Of a DNA stretch of 64,000 bases, positions 48,453-56,266 are shown in pieces. Made by a program: the position numbers and the translations under genes. Location: sequence record MN871451.1, one strand, 5' to 3'. Positions within the stretch are counted from its first letter, which is position 1, and the number at the start of each line of letters is the position of its first letter. The notes beneath the pieces are model-generated. The model searched no databases and was not told the DNA's origin. It was given only the letters and a program-made list of their open reading frames with translations.

Positions 48453-49622
48453 ATGGCTAATGAAAGTAAAAACAATGTTTTGACTAAAGATTTTACGTCA
48501 AATGCACGCGCCGATTCAGGTAAGCTCAAAGAAGAAATGATGGAATTTTTCGATATTTACTGCCGGATAAATGTCGAAGGTCGAAGTAACGGCGACCATG
48601 TTAAAAAAGCGATCAAAATTTTCTTGGGGGTCAATAATCGCCCTATGGGTTTCTCAAGGAAAGGGTTTTGGTTAACAGGGAATGCACGCGACTTAGGGAA
48701 AAGTGTTGAGGAACTGCTTTCCAATCAGTTACGTAATTACCTCTCGAAATTCGACACTTTTGTTTACAGCGAAATTATCCCTGGGGCATTCCTTCTCGCT
48801 AACCTACGAGGAGAGATTGTAGGGATGCTCTATTTCGGGTCCGGCGTCTCAGAAAACTTTGTATTCTGTTACGGGCCTGACGATCTCTGCCAAGGGTTCG
48901 GGGAAATTATCAGTACGTTCTTCACGGCCCGCTTACCAGAAACGGTTTCTCGTTTGTCGCTGAATGCTGGCGGTAATGTCGTTGCGCGGAATAAACGACT
49001 GCAAGATAAAAAAGAGATAAAAGACTTTAAGGGATTCTGGCCTTATTTCTCATTATCCCCTGCGGAATTGGCGGAAGCGTTTGATAAATCAAACAATAAT
49101 GTTTTAGTCCTTTATGGTGCACCAGGGTTAGGTAAGAGCCAGTTCATTCGTGAAATGATACGGTGGAAAAATGAACAAAAAAATGATAACGTCGTTGTAG
49201 CGGATACTGCAGACGTACTCAATTCGCCATCTATTGTTCCGTATATCCATGATTTGGATGACGGTACTTGGCTCGTCACCGAAGACCAGCTAGTTATGTT
49301 GGAGCGTCGCGAAAACGGTAATAGTTTAATGTCCGGTTTATTAAACGCCGCAGAGGGGATCACTTCCGGTAACGTCAAATTCATTATCTCAACTAACTTA
49401 CTTAACCTCAAGTCAGTCGATAATGCAATTATTCGCCCCGGCCGTTTGTTTAAAGCCCTGTCATTTAGAACGTTAAACGAAACCGAAGCAGCGAAGGCCC
49501 GGAGCGCAGTTGATCTCGAACCGGTAGATTTCGCTGGTCGTGAGAAAATCACGTTGGCGGAAGCATTAAACTGGGAGACCTTCATCGAAACTGAAAGTAT
49601 GATCAAAACAAGTTTTATTTAA
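48453..49622 (+). CDS. AAA+ ATPase (paralog B)
   Basis: GAPGLGKS, LVTED, ISTN, RPGR; shares NAAEGITSGNVKFIISTN with paralog A. Confidence 0.85.
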   Translation: MANESKNNVLTKDFTSNARADSGKLKEEMMEFFDIYCRINVEGRSNGDHVKKAIKIFLGVNNRPMGFSRKGFWLTGNARDLGKSVEELLSNQLRNYLSKFDTFVYSEIIPGAFLLANLRGEIVGMLYFGSGVSENFVFCYGPDDLCQGFGEIISTFFTARLPETVSRLSLNAGGNVVARNKRLQDKKEIKDFKGFWPYFSLSPAELAEAFDKSNNNVLVLYGAPGLGKSQFIREMIRWKNEQKNDNVVVADTADVLNSPSIVPYIHDLDDGTWLVTEDQLVMLERRENGNSLMSGLLNAAEGITSGNVKFIISTNLLNLKSVDNAIIRPGRLFKALSFRTLNETEAAKARSAVDLEPVDFAGREKITLAEALNWETFIETESMIKTSFI

Positions 49623-49634
49623 TTTGGAGGTAAA

Positions 49635-49922
49635 ATGATTGTTTATACCAAACATCTCTTCAAAGTAGATTCCCAGGCCAGCGAAAAAGGGAATGTCGTC
49701 ACGATTGAAACCGATAACGCGTTCCACGCTATTGATCTTATTAACGTCGATGCGATGTCATTCTCGGTAGAAGACGGCCTGGAACCCTATCAAAAACTCC
49801 TGTTGATCGTTAACGGATCGACAATTGAATTCCGTCACCGTACCGAAACCGGCTTTAATCCGATGGTGAAAACGGGTTTCCAGAAGTTATTTAAACAGCG
49901 CTTTAATGCCGCGCTTCGTTAA
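49635..49922 (+). CDS. Hypothetical protein
   Basis: 95 aa with GGAGG RBS. Confidence 0.7.
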   Translation: MIVYTKHLFKVDSQASEKGNVVTIETDNAFHAIDLINVDAMSFSVEDGLEPYQKLLLIVNGSTIEFRHRTETGFNPMVKTGFQKLFKQRFNAALR

Positions 49923-49980
49923 TCAAAGTTTAACGTTGTGATTATTCTTTGTGCAACTCTCAATTAGGATTCGTACGTAC

Positions 49981-50403
49981 ATGATTACCGAAGAACAAAA
50001 GATCAAGATTCAACGCGTCATTCTGAAAACCAAAGGCTTAGCCGAAAGTACAGGTTATCTCCCCGAAGTGAAATTCGTTGAGACCCTGGAAGAAGCCGAA
50101 CAGTTAGCTTTCGCGGCCAATGCTCGTATCCTTTTGTCTAATCGCATTCATTCCCATGGTGATCGTTTTGATGCAAAAGAGTTTGTTTCTCTTTTTGGTC
50201 AAGGTGCTCGCGCGCTGGATGTCGCAAAAACAATTGACCGTGTTTGTAAATGCGGGTTAGGTACAGTGCGTGTTCACATCGCCATGAAGGGCAAAGTTGG
50301 AGCCCGTACCAATGCGATCAAAATCTATGTCGAAGTTGACTGGGATCATTTTGATCAGCAGGAATATTTGTTCTCCTGCAAAAACGTACTGATGGCCGAA
50401 TAA
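49981..50403 (+). CDS. Hypothetical protein
   Basis: ATG 49981 preferred as start. Confidence 0.65.
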   Translation: MITEEQKIKIQRVILKTKGLAESTGYLPEVKFVETLEEAEQLAFAANARILLSNRIHSHGDRFDAKEFVSLFGQGARALDVAKTIDRVCKCGLGTVRVHIAMKGKVGARTNAIKIYVEVDWDHFDQQEYLFSCKNVLMAE

Positions 50404-50460
50404 TTTACTGGGTAGGGGTTTCGACCCCTACCTACCCTTATTTTGTTTTAGGAGAATAAC

Positions 50461-51039
50461 ATGTCAGAATTAATCTCGTTAGGAAAATTTGTTGCTGCGT
50501 TTAACTTGGCCGGAAAAGTTTCTGCTTCCACTGCCAAACACATTCTTATCACGGTTACCCATATCTCGCCCCCTGGAACGAGCATCGTTGACCTGGACGT
50601 AGAGAATGACGCTAAAAACATCCTTGGGTTTGATCTCCCTTTTAATTACGAACTCAACGAAACACTCGACGAACTTTATGCCGCCGGAGTGCGTCAAATC
50701 AAAGCATATACGCTGGAAGATAAAGCGCGCAATATTACGCGGTTATCTATTACTCCGGTAATGGAAAGTTTTGACTGCGAAGAGTACGTCGCCTGGATGA
50801 AAGATATTTTAGTCGAGTACGCTTATAAGCTACTCCCGGATTTCGATTCTTTAATGGCACAAGTTCACCAACGTAATCTGCCGGATGATGTTGACGGTGA
50901 TCGGTACGAACCGGCTGTTAATGTCGCAGGGTTTCGCTACATTGCGAGAGCTTTTGGCTTCCAGTGGATTTTGGCCAGCCGTATGGATTTAGGCGGTCAT
51001 TACAGCGGGGTGGTTTTACGGTTGGCTATGGTAGATTAA
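50461..51039 (+). CDS. Hypothetical protein
   Basis: 192 aa with AGGAG RBS. Confidence 0.7.
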   Translation: MSELISLGKFVAAFNLAGKVSASTAKHILITVTHISPPGTSIVDLDVENDAKNILGFDLPFNYELNETLDELYAAGVRQIKAYTLEDKARNITRLSITPVMESFDCEEYVAWMKDILVEYAYKLLPDFDSLMAQVHQRNLPDDVDGDRYEPAVNVAGFRYIARAFGFQWILASRMDLGGHYSGVVLRLAMVD

Positions 51040-51044
51040 TCTGC

Positions 51045-51076
51045 CAAAAAGAAAGGGTACGCCCTTTCTTTTTTTT
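51045..51076 (+). terminator. Intrinsic terminator
   Basis: AAAAAGAAAGGG-TACG-CCCTTTCTTTTTTTT. Confidence 0.9.
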
Positions 51077-51096
51077 ATTTTACGTCGTTAACTAGT

Positions 51097-51104
51097 TTAT
51101 GAAC
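51097..51104 (+). promoter_or_regulatory. Putative nvRNAP (late-type TATG) promoter
   Basis: TTATGAAC; identical copies at 40764, 53637, 55499 and 57091, all intergenic. Confidence 0.5.
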
Positions 51105-51139
51105 AAACTTTATTTTCACTCTTATCGTAAGGAAATCAA

Positions 51140-51907
51140 ATGGCTAAGTTACACGAAGTATTGGCAGCAGAACCCACTCGCACCAAACAAGTGCAAGTCC
51201 TGATCGAAGACGCCAGTAAAAAATTCAATAAATCGGCTGAATATTTCAGCGGGTTTGATAAAACCCTGAAACTGCACGAAGACAACGACGCCAACGCCGC
51301 GATCGAAAAAAGCGAAAGTACCAGCAAGGCAGTGATCACCACTGTAGCCGAAACGCTGCAGTACCTCTTCGAATATTTCGCCACGGCAGAAGACCTTCGC
51401 CTGCAAAAAGCCCTGACTAACCAGGTAGCAAAAGCAGACATCATGTTCAAAGGCGAAGTCCTCGTTTCTGGAGTGCCGGTAGATGAACTCCTGGGCCTGG
51501 AAAAACGCCTGGCGGAACTGCGCAAACTGATCGCCGCTGCCCCTACTCTGGATTCGTCCAAACAATGGGAACGCGATAGCAACAGCACCTACGGATTCCG
51601 TACCGTGACGGACGAAGTCACGACGAAAACCGAGAAAGTGCTCACTCCGGTTATCCTGGCGCCGGCTACCGACCACCACCCTGCACAGGTGAAAGAATCG
51701 GAAAGCACCGTCGTAATCGGTAGCTTCACCCGTAAAAGCTATTCCGGCGCCTGCACCCCGATGCAGAAAGCCAACGCACTGCGTGATATCGACGAACTGA
51801 TCGTTGAAGTCACTAATGCACGTATGCGTGCAAACTGCACCGAAGTTGTTCAGGGTTCTATCGGCGAAGTACTGACCAACGTGATTCTGAAAAACTTCAC
51901 TGCTTAA
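51140..51907 (+). CDS. Helical protein of unknown function with APATDHHPAQV motif, linked to the downstream tRNA-like RNA
   Basis: 255 aa; strong high-expression codon bias; resembles an uncharacterised phage/bacterial family recalled from memory (unverified). Confidence 0.8.
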   Translation: MAKLHEVLAAEPTRTKQVQVLIEDASKKFNKSAEYFSGFDKTLKLHEDNDANAAIEKSESTSKAVITTVAETLQYLFEYFATAEDLRLQKALTNQVAKADIMFKGEVLVSGVPVDELLGLEKRLAELRKLIAAAPTLDSSKQWERDSNSTYGFRTVTDEVTTKTEKVLTPVILAPATDHHPAQVKESESTVVIGSFTRKSYSGACTPMQKANALRDIDELIVEVTNARMRANCTEVVQGSIGEVLTNVILKNFTA

Positions 51908-51909
51908 TG

Positions 51910-52415
51910 TGTTAGTAATGGGTATTCTCACGAGTGCCCATTGATAATAAAGATTGAGGCCAACCTTATCTTTATTGTTAGTCCGTGTTGCAGGTGTGAT
52001 GACCCCACTGGAAGTTCGACTCTTTCTTCTCCCACCAAACTATGGGAGAATGGCGGAATTGGTAGACGCAGTCATCAATGCACCCATAATGCGACCCGGA
52101 TGGTTAGTGTTAACTTTATCTTATCGCCTCACACGCTTAAAGATAAAGAGTAAACAGTAAAATAGCGGACTGAACTTTCTTTCTCTTACGGAAAGAATTC
52201 TAGAGGTCGCGGATTCGAATTCCGCTCTGCCTACCTGGACACATTCACAGAGTGTTTCTTGGAGGCAGATAGCTCAGCCGGTAGAGCACTAGATTATAAA
52301 ATAAAACTTCCAATCTTATTCTTAGATAGGTCGCGCTAAATTCTGTTTATAGCTGAATGGCTATGGGCGGTGTTGGGGATGGTTATATCCTTACCTCCGC
52401 CCTTCTTACCACAAA
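51910..52415 (+). ncRNA. Structured RNA with two circularly permuted tRNA-like (YrlA/Y-RNA-like) modules
   Basis: Module 1 at 51999..52075 and module 2 at 52199..52293, each ordered T-arm, 3' acceptor strand, linker, 5' acceptor strand, D-arm, with 7-bp acceptor pairing. Confidence 0.75.
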
Positions 52416-52546
52416 AGTTTCTTTTTCAAAGAGATCACTTTTTGATAAATAAATTAATCGAGAGAGGAGGGAATTCCCTCCTCTCTCCTATGCTTTTTTA
52501 CGGTAAACTGTTTTAATGTAGAAGACACTTTTTAATTGAGGAATTT

Positions 52547-53434
52547 ATGGATAACTCAACCGTTGTCATTATTTTGACGTTGAGCCATAGGCTCCGTAAA
52601 TCAATGACTACACTGGCTAATGAGAATAGCGATTGGATGATTCTCTCCCATTGCCTATTGGAATGGTCGGTGCAACAATTTGTTTCACGTAAACCGGTAG
52701 AATTGATCCCTATCTTCAAAGATCTCTACGAACGCTTTCTCAAAGAGCACGAAGAGGAATTCTTTAAGGTTCGGATGGGTTACGGGTTACAAAAAGCAGA
52801 ATGGAAAGACGACACGGTTTGGTTACACTTTGCAAATCGTGACCCTAAACATTTCCCGGATTGGACTATTATTAACGGATTGAAGATTCCCGACGTTAAT
52901 GATAAGACGATAGAGGGCGTTGTAGTTTATCATCCGAAAGACTCCGCGGTGTATTATAGTGAAGTCAGTCGAATGCCAAGGCACGCAGTAGTACAAACAG
53001 AAGAATTTCTTCGCCTGGGTATCCACAGTAGCAAAGTCCTTCAGAACGCTTTTGATGCTACCCCTATCAATTTACTGGCGTCACGATTCTTGTTAGTGAA
53101 TGACCATGAGAAATGCTGGGCAGTTTCAAAAGGTTTCTCTATGTGGTGGAAAGACACTCGTCAAGGTTACCCTACGGTTACTGAAGATCAGAGCGACGAC
53201 TACGGACAGGAAAGAAAAACCAAACCAGTCTGGCGTGATAAATTCGCCGAGTCTCGTCAGAAGCCAAAAAGTAAAAATCCGAATAACCCTGATTACAAGC
53301 GAAGAGTGAAAGTAGGTAAGAAAGAGTACCAAAACGCTTTCAAATGCTCTCAGGGAGAATCTATTCAACCAAGAGAAGTTTACGCCCGTTGCTATTCTAA
53401 ACGACCAGAATGGGCAGAGTGGAACTTTATTTAA
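52547..53434 (+). CDS. Hypothetical protein
   Basis: Up to 295 aa with a basic C-terminus; start uncertain. Confidence 0.7.
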   Translation: MDNSTVVIILTLSHRLRKSMTTLANENSDWMILSHCLLEWSVQQFVSRKPVELIPIFKDLYERFLKEHEEEFFKVRMGYGLQKAEWKDDTVWLHFANRDPKHFPDWTIINGLKIPDVNDKTIEGVVVYHPKDSAVYYSEVSRMPRHAVVQTEEFLRLGIHSSKVLQNAFDATPINLLASRFLLVNDHEKCWAVSKGFSMWWKDTRQGYPTVTEDQSDDYGQERKTKPVWRDKFAESRQKPKSKNPNNPDYKRRVKVGKKEYQNAFKCSQGESIQPREVYARCYSKRPEWAEWNFI

Positions 53435-53456
53435 TTCCCTTCAGGAGGGACAGGTT

Positions 53457-53612
53457 ATGAAAAAGCATCACGAATACGAATGCAAAAATTGCTTGACCTC
53501 TCCAACGGATAAGCAGTTAAAAGAATTTAAACTGCAAGATAAACCGCTACTCTGTAAGAATTGCGGATCGGATGATTTCCAGCAAACTCCTTTACCTGAA
53601 GACTCGAATTGA
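53457..53612 (+). CDS. Small zinc-ribbon protein (51 aa)
   Basis: HEYECKNC...LLCKNCGS; AGGAGG RBS; below the ORF-track cutoff. Confidence 0.65.
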   Translation: MKKHHEYECKNCLTSPTDKQLKEFKLQDKPLLCKNCGSDDFQQTPLPEDSN

Positions 53613-53639
53613 TCAAAAAATACTCTGCTCAGTCATTTA

Positions 53640-54030
53640 TGAACCCAACCTTCAGGTTCCTTTTCACGGTAGTAAACCCCCTGTCGTTGCGAATGAACGC
53701 CAAGGGAATCACAACAACTCTTTTATCTCAATGCGGGCTGGCTGGTAAGATAAACAGGTGATTCCTTTTCAAGGTTCTTTCCATGAATGGAGAGACGACG
53801 ACACTTCTTCACCGACGCAGACGCCTAGCTAATTCAGGCGCCTGTCTTTTTACAATAGATGATATCTACAGATAAGGCTGACCTTAAATCGGCATAATTC
53901 AACTTACTCCTACTGTGGCCCGGAATCCAAAGATAGGAAAGCTGAAAGTTTGTAGATGTCATCGCCCCTTTTGAGGGGCTGACTTGCAACTAACTTAATC
54001 TTAAACCCTTACAGGTAGCACGAAACAAAG
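53640..54030 (+). ncRNA. Candidate structured RNA or long leader
   Basis: ORF-free; follows TTATGAAC; stems GGAATCAC/GTGATTCC, GATATCTACA/TGTAGATGTC, GCCCC/GGGGC. Confidence 0.35.
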
Positions 54031-54147
54031 GCGCCTCTTTATTCCGTGACATGATTAATGCACATGTTGGGCCAACTTGTCAGCCTCTCAAATTCACTGT
54101 GGCGGTTATGCCGCTTGACACCCATACTTTCCTTAAAGGGAATGCAA

Positions 54148-55005
54148 ATGAAGAAACTTGCTTTTGCCGTTATTTCGGTAGCGTTACTTTGCATGAGTGC
54201 TGGCGTATCCGCGGCCGATGGCAAAATTGTTATCACCACCGGTCAACAAGGTTTAACCTATAACGCCATTTATGGTGTAAACTTAGCCAGTGCTCTGGGT
54301 GAGTACGGTTACCAGACCTCGGTTGTCCCTTCTAAAGGCTCGCTCGATAACCTTGATCGTGTAGCCTCTGGAGAAGCCACTATCGGGTTTACCCAAGCTG
54401 ATGCCTATCAGTTCTGGCGTTCGCGCCATGCCAACGAAGCCCAGAACGTTGATATCATTGGCGAACTGGCCAGTGAGTGCGTCTTTGTCGCCGTCAAGAA
54501 AGACGGTAAGGTCACCAGTAAAGGTGATTTAAAAGAAGGTACGAAGATCGCTGTGGGTGAACCTACCTCTGGATCTTACGCTTCGTGGCAGTATCTCCAG
54601 ACATTGGAGAAAAACTACGCGAAAGTTGAAACGTATGCCAAAGGCGGTATCCGTTCCCTGGCTAAAGTGAATACTGGCGAATACGACGCGTTCCTTTGGG
54701 TTTCTGCACCCGACCGGAATAATAAATTCCTGGACGCAGTCATGCAAAAAGACTCGGGACTCGAGATCATTGATTTCAACTCCTGGAATGCTGATGCAAA
54801 ACTGCCGAACGGTAAAGCGGTGTACACGATCGAAAAAGCAACAACCGACTCGGGTATCATTTTCAATTCGACCGTAAAAGTCCCTTGCACTAAAACCCTG
54901 GTGGTAGCGAATACCTCAGGCGACAGCGACCAGTTCCTTGAAGATGCCTCTACAATTCTTCTGAAGAACTCTGCGCGCGTTCAGGGTACAGCGTCAGGAA
55001 AATAA
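54148..55005 (+). CDS. TAXI-family (TRAP-associated) periplasmic solute-binding protein-like
   Basis: Signal peptide MKKLAFAVISVALL; TTGQQGLTY, SKGSLDNLDRV, GFTQAD, KIAVGEPTSGS. Confidence 0.7.
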   Translation: MKKLAFAVISVALLCMSAGVSAADGKIVITTGQQGLTYNAIYGVNLASALGEYGYQTSVVPSKGSLDNLDRVASGEATIGFTQADAYQFWRSRHANEAQNVDIIGELASECVFVAVKKDGKVTSKGDLKEGTKIAVGEPTSGSYASWQYLQTLEKNYAKVETYAKGGIRSLAKVNTGEYDAFLWVSAPDRNNKFLDAVMQKDSGLEIIDFNSWNADAKLPNGKAVYTIEKATTDSGIIFNSTVKVPCTKTLVVANTSGDSDQFLEDASTILLKNSARVQGTASGK

Positions 55006-55008
55006 GTT

Positions 55009-55173
55009 ATGCTGAAAAAGATCGGCTGGTTAATATTACTGGCCGTCATCTTTTTAGTGTTGTTTCGAATGGCAGGCGTATTGATTGATATTGTCCTGCT
55101 TATTATTCTCGCTGGTGCAATTGCCGTTTATGTGCAGCTTGCTTTCAGAAAGAAAAAGAAACAATCGAGCTGA
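55009..55173 (+). CDS. Small two-TM membrane protein (54 aa)
   Basis: MLKKIGWLILLAVIFLVLF...IAVYVQLAFRKKKKQSS, 3 nt after the TAXI-like stop. Confidence 0.65.
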   Translation: MLKKIGWLILLAVIFLVLFRMAGVLIDIVLLIILAGAIAVYVQLAFRKKKKQSS

Positions 55174-55225
55174 CGGTATTTTACAAAGAGTACATTTATG
55201 TGCTCTTAATAAAACATCGTTTTTC

Positions 55226-55301
55226 GGCCCTGTGGCGCAGTGATTAGCGCAGGCGACTCATAATCGCTTGGTCGCGGGTTTGAATCCCGCCAGGGCCACC
55301 A
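55226..55301 (+). tRNA. tRNA with CAT anticodon, likely Ile2 (lysidine type)
   Basis: Full cloverleaf with CCA; anticodon arm GGCGA-CTCATAA-TCGCT matches E. coli tRNA-Ile2; T-loop variant TTTGAAT. Confidence 0.85.
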
Positions 55302-55306
55302 TATTT

Positions 55307-55388
55307 GCCCGGGTGGTGAAATCGGCAGACACAAGGGATTTAAAATCCCTCGCTTAATCGCGTGCGGGTTCGAACCCCGCCCCGGGCA
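55307..55388 (+). tRNA. tRNA-Leu(TAA)
   Basis: Cloverleaf with long variable arm; CCA not encoded. Confidence 0.9.
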
Positions 55389-55395
55389 CTCCTTC

Positions 55396-55472
55396 GTCCC
55401 CTTAGTTCAGTAGGATAGAACACAGGTCTTCTAAACCTGCGGTCACTGGTTCGAATCCAGTAGGGGACACCA
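55396..55472 (+). tRNA. tRNA-Arg(TCT)
   Basis: CAGGT-CTTCTAA-ACCTG, TTCGAAT, CCA; acceptor stem has a one-nt irregularity. Confidence 0.85.
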
Positions 55473-55566
55473 ATTCAAAATTTAAGTATTTCAATATCTT
55501 ATGAACAAAGATTGTAACTTTCTCTCCGGAATGTTAAGACAACAATCTGATAGTTCAAACTTTAAT

Positions 55567-55642
55567 GCAAGCATAGCTCAGTCGGTAGAGCGATGTCCTT
55601 CCAAGTCATAGGTCGCGAGTTCGAACCTCGCTGCTTGCTCCA
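55567..55642 (+). tRNA. tRNA-Gly(TCC)
   Basis: 76-nt cloverleaf, discriminator T, CCA. Confidence 0.9.
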
Positions 55643-55649
55643 GATACAA

Positions 55650-55751
55650 TGTTCTCGTAGCTCAACTAGGTAGAGCGCCTGCATCGGCGGCCACTGCGCC
55701 GCCCACTGCTTAGCAGGAGGTTGCCGGTTCAAATCCGGAAGGGAACAACCA
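55650..55751 (+). ncRNA. tRNA-like RNA with a 30-nt hairpin-containing insert in place of the anticodon loop
   Basis: D-arm GCTC/GAGC, stem CCTGC/GCAGG, T-loop TTCAAAT, acceptor TGTTCTC/GGGAACA, A-CCA. Confidence 0.7.
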
Positions 55752-55758
55752 AACAAAA

Positions 55759-55833
55759 GGTGCTATCGTCTAGCGGAAAGGATACCTCCCTGTCACGGAG
55801 GAGACCGGAGTTCGATTCTCCGTAGCACCGCCA
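55759..55833 (+). tRNA. tRNA-Asp(GTC)
   Basis: Cloverleaf, discriminator G, CCA. Confidence 0.92.
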
Positions 55834-55839
55834 AACAAT

Positions 55840-55916
55840 GACTCTTTAGTTCAGTTGGTTAGAACGGCAGCCTGTTAAGCTGTAGGTCCCAGGTTCAAGT
55901 CCTGGAAGAGTCGCCA
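55840..55916 (+). tRNA. tRNA-Asn(GTT)
   Basis: Cloverleaf, discriminator G, CCA. Confidence 0.92.
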
Positions 55917-55923
55917 TTTTAAT

Positions 55924-56013
55924 AGAGAGTTGGATGAGCGGTTTAAGTCGCTCCCCTGCTAAGGGAGTGTATCCGAAAGGGTACCGAGAGTTCGAATCTC
56001 TCACTCTCTGCCA
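55924..56013 (+). tRNA. tRNA-Ser(GCT)
   Basis: Cloverleaf with long variable arm, G73, CCA. Confidence 0.92.
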
Positions 56014-56019
56014 AATAAT

Positions 56020-56245
56020 GACATCTTGCTTAGACTAAAGGTAGGGGTTAACCAGGCGACTTAATGTTGCGGAGAGTTAATCTTGGCCTAAGGCAAAAGT
56101 TGACCTCGGCGTGCTGAGGGGGATGTCTCCTTGTTATCCCTACGTAAATCATCGACGAATAAATGAGCCGTTAAATACGACCCATTTAAGCATAATTGCA
56201 TCTCGGCTAAACACCGGGCGCTGCTGGTGTAGATGATACTCATTG
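56020..56245 (+). ncRNA. Candidate pseudoknotted RNA between tRNAs
   Basis: ORF-free; crossing helices identified by eye. Confidence 0.35.
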
Positions 56246-56266
56246 AGTGCTAGGGAACCTATTCAA

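Noticed and set aside
51149-51931. 260-aa antisense ORF over 51140..51907
   Set aside because: Fully overlaps a strongly biased sense gene and reads like a shadow frame.
51941-52160. 68-70 aa ORFs on both strands in the permuted tRNA-like region
   Set aside because: No RBS or protein features; tRNA-like pairing explains the sequence better.
51999-52293. Ordinary tRNA genes or a tRNA split by an intron
   Set aside because: In each module the 3' half precedes the 5' half, and the cross-module halves (GGGAGAA with TCTGCCT) do not pair.
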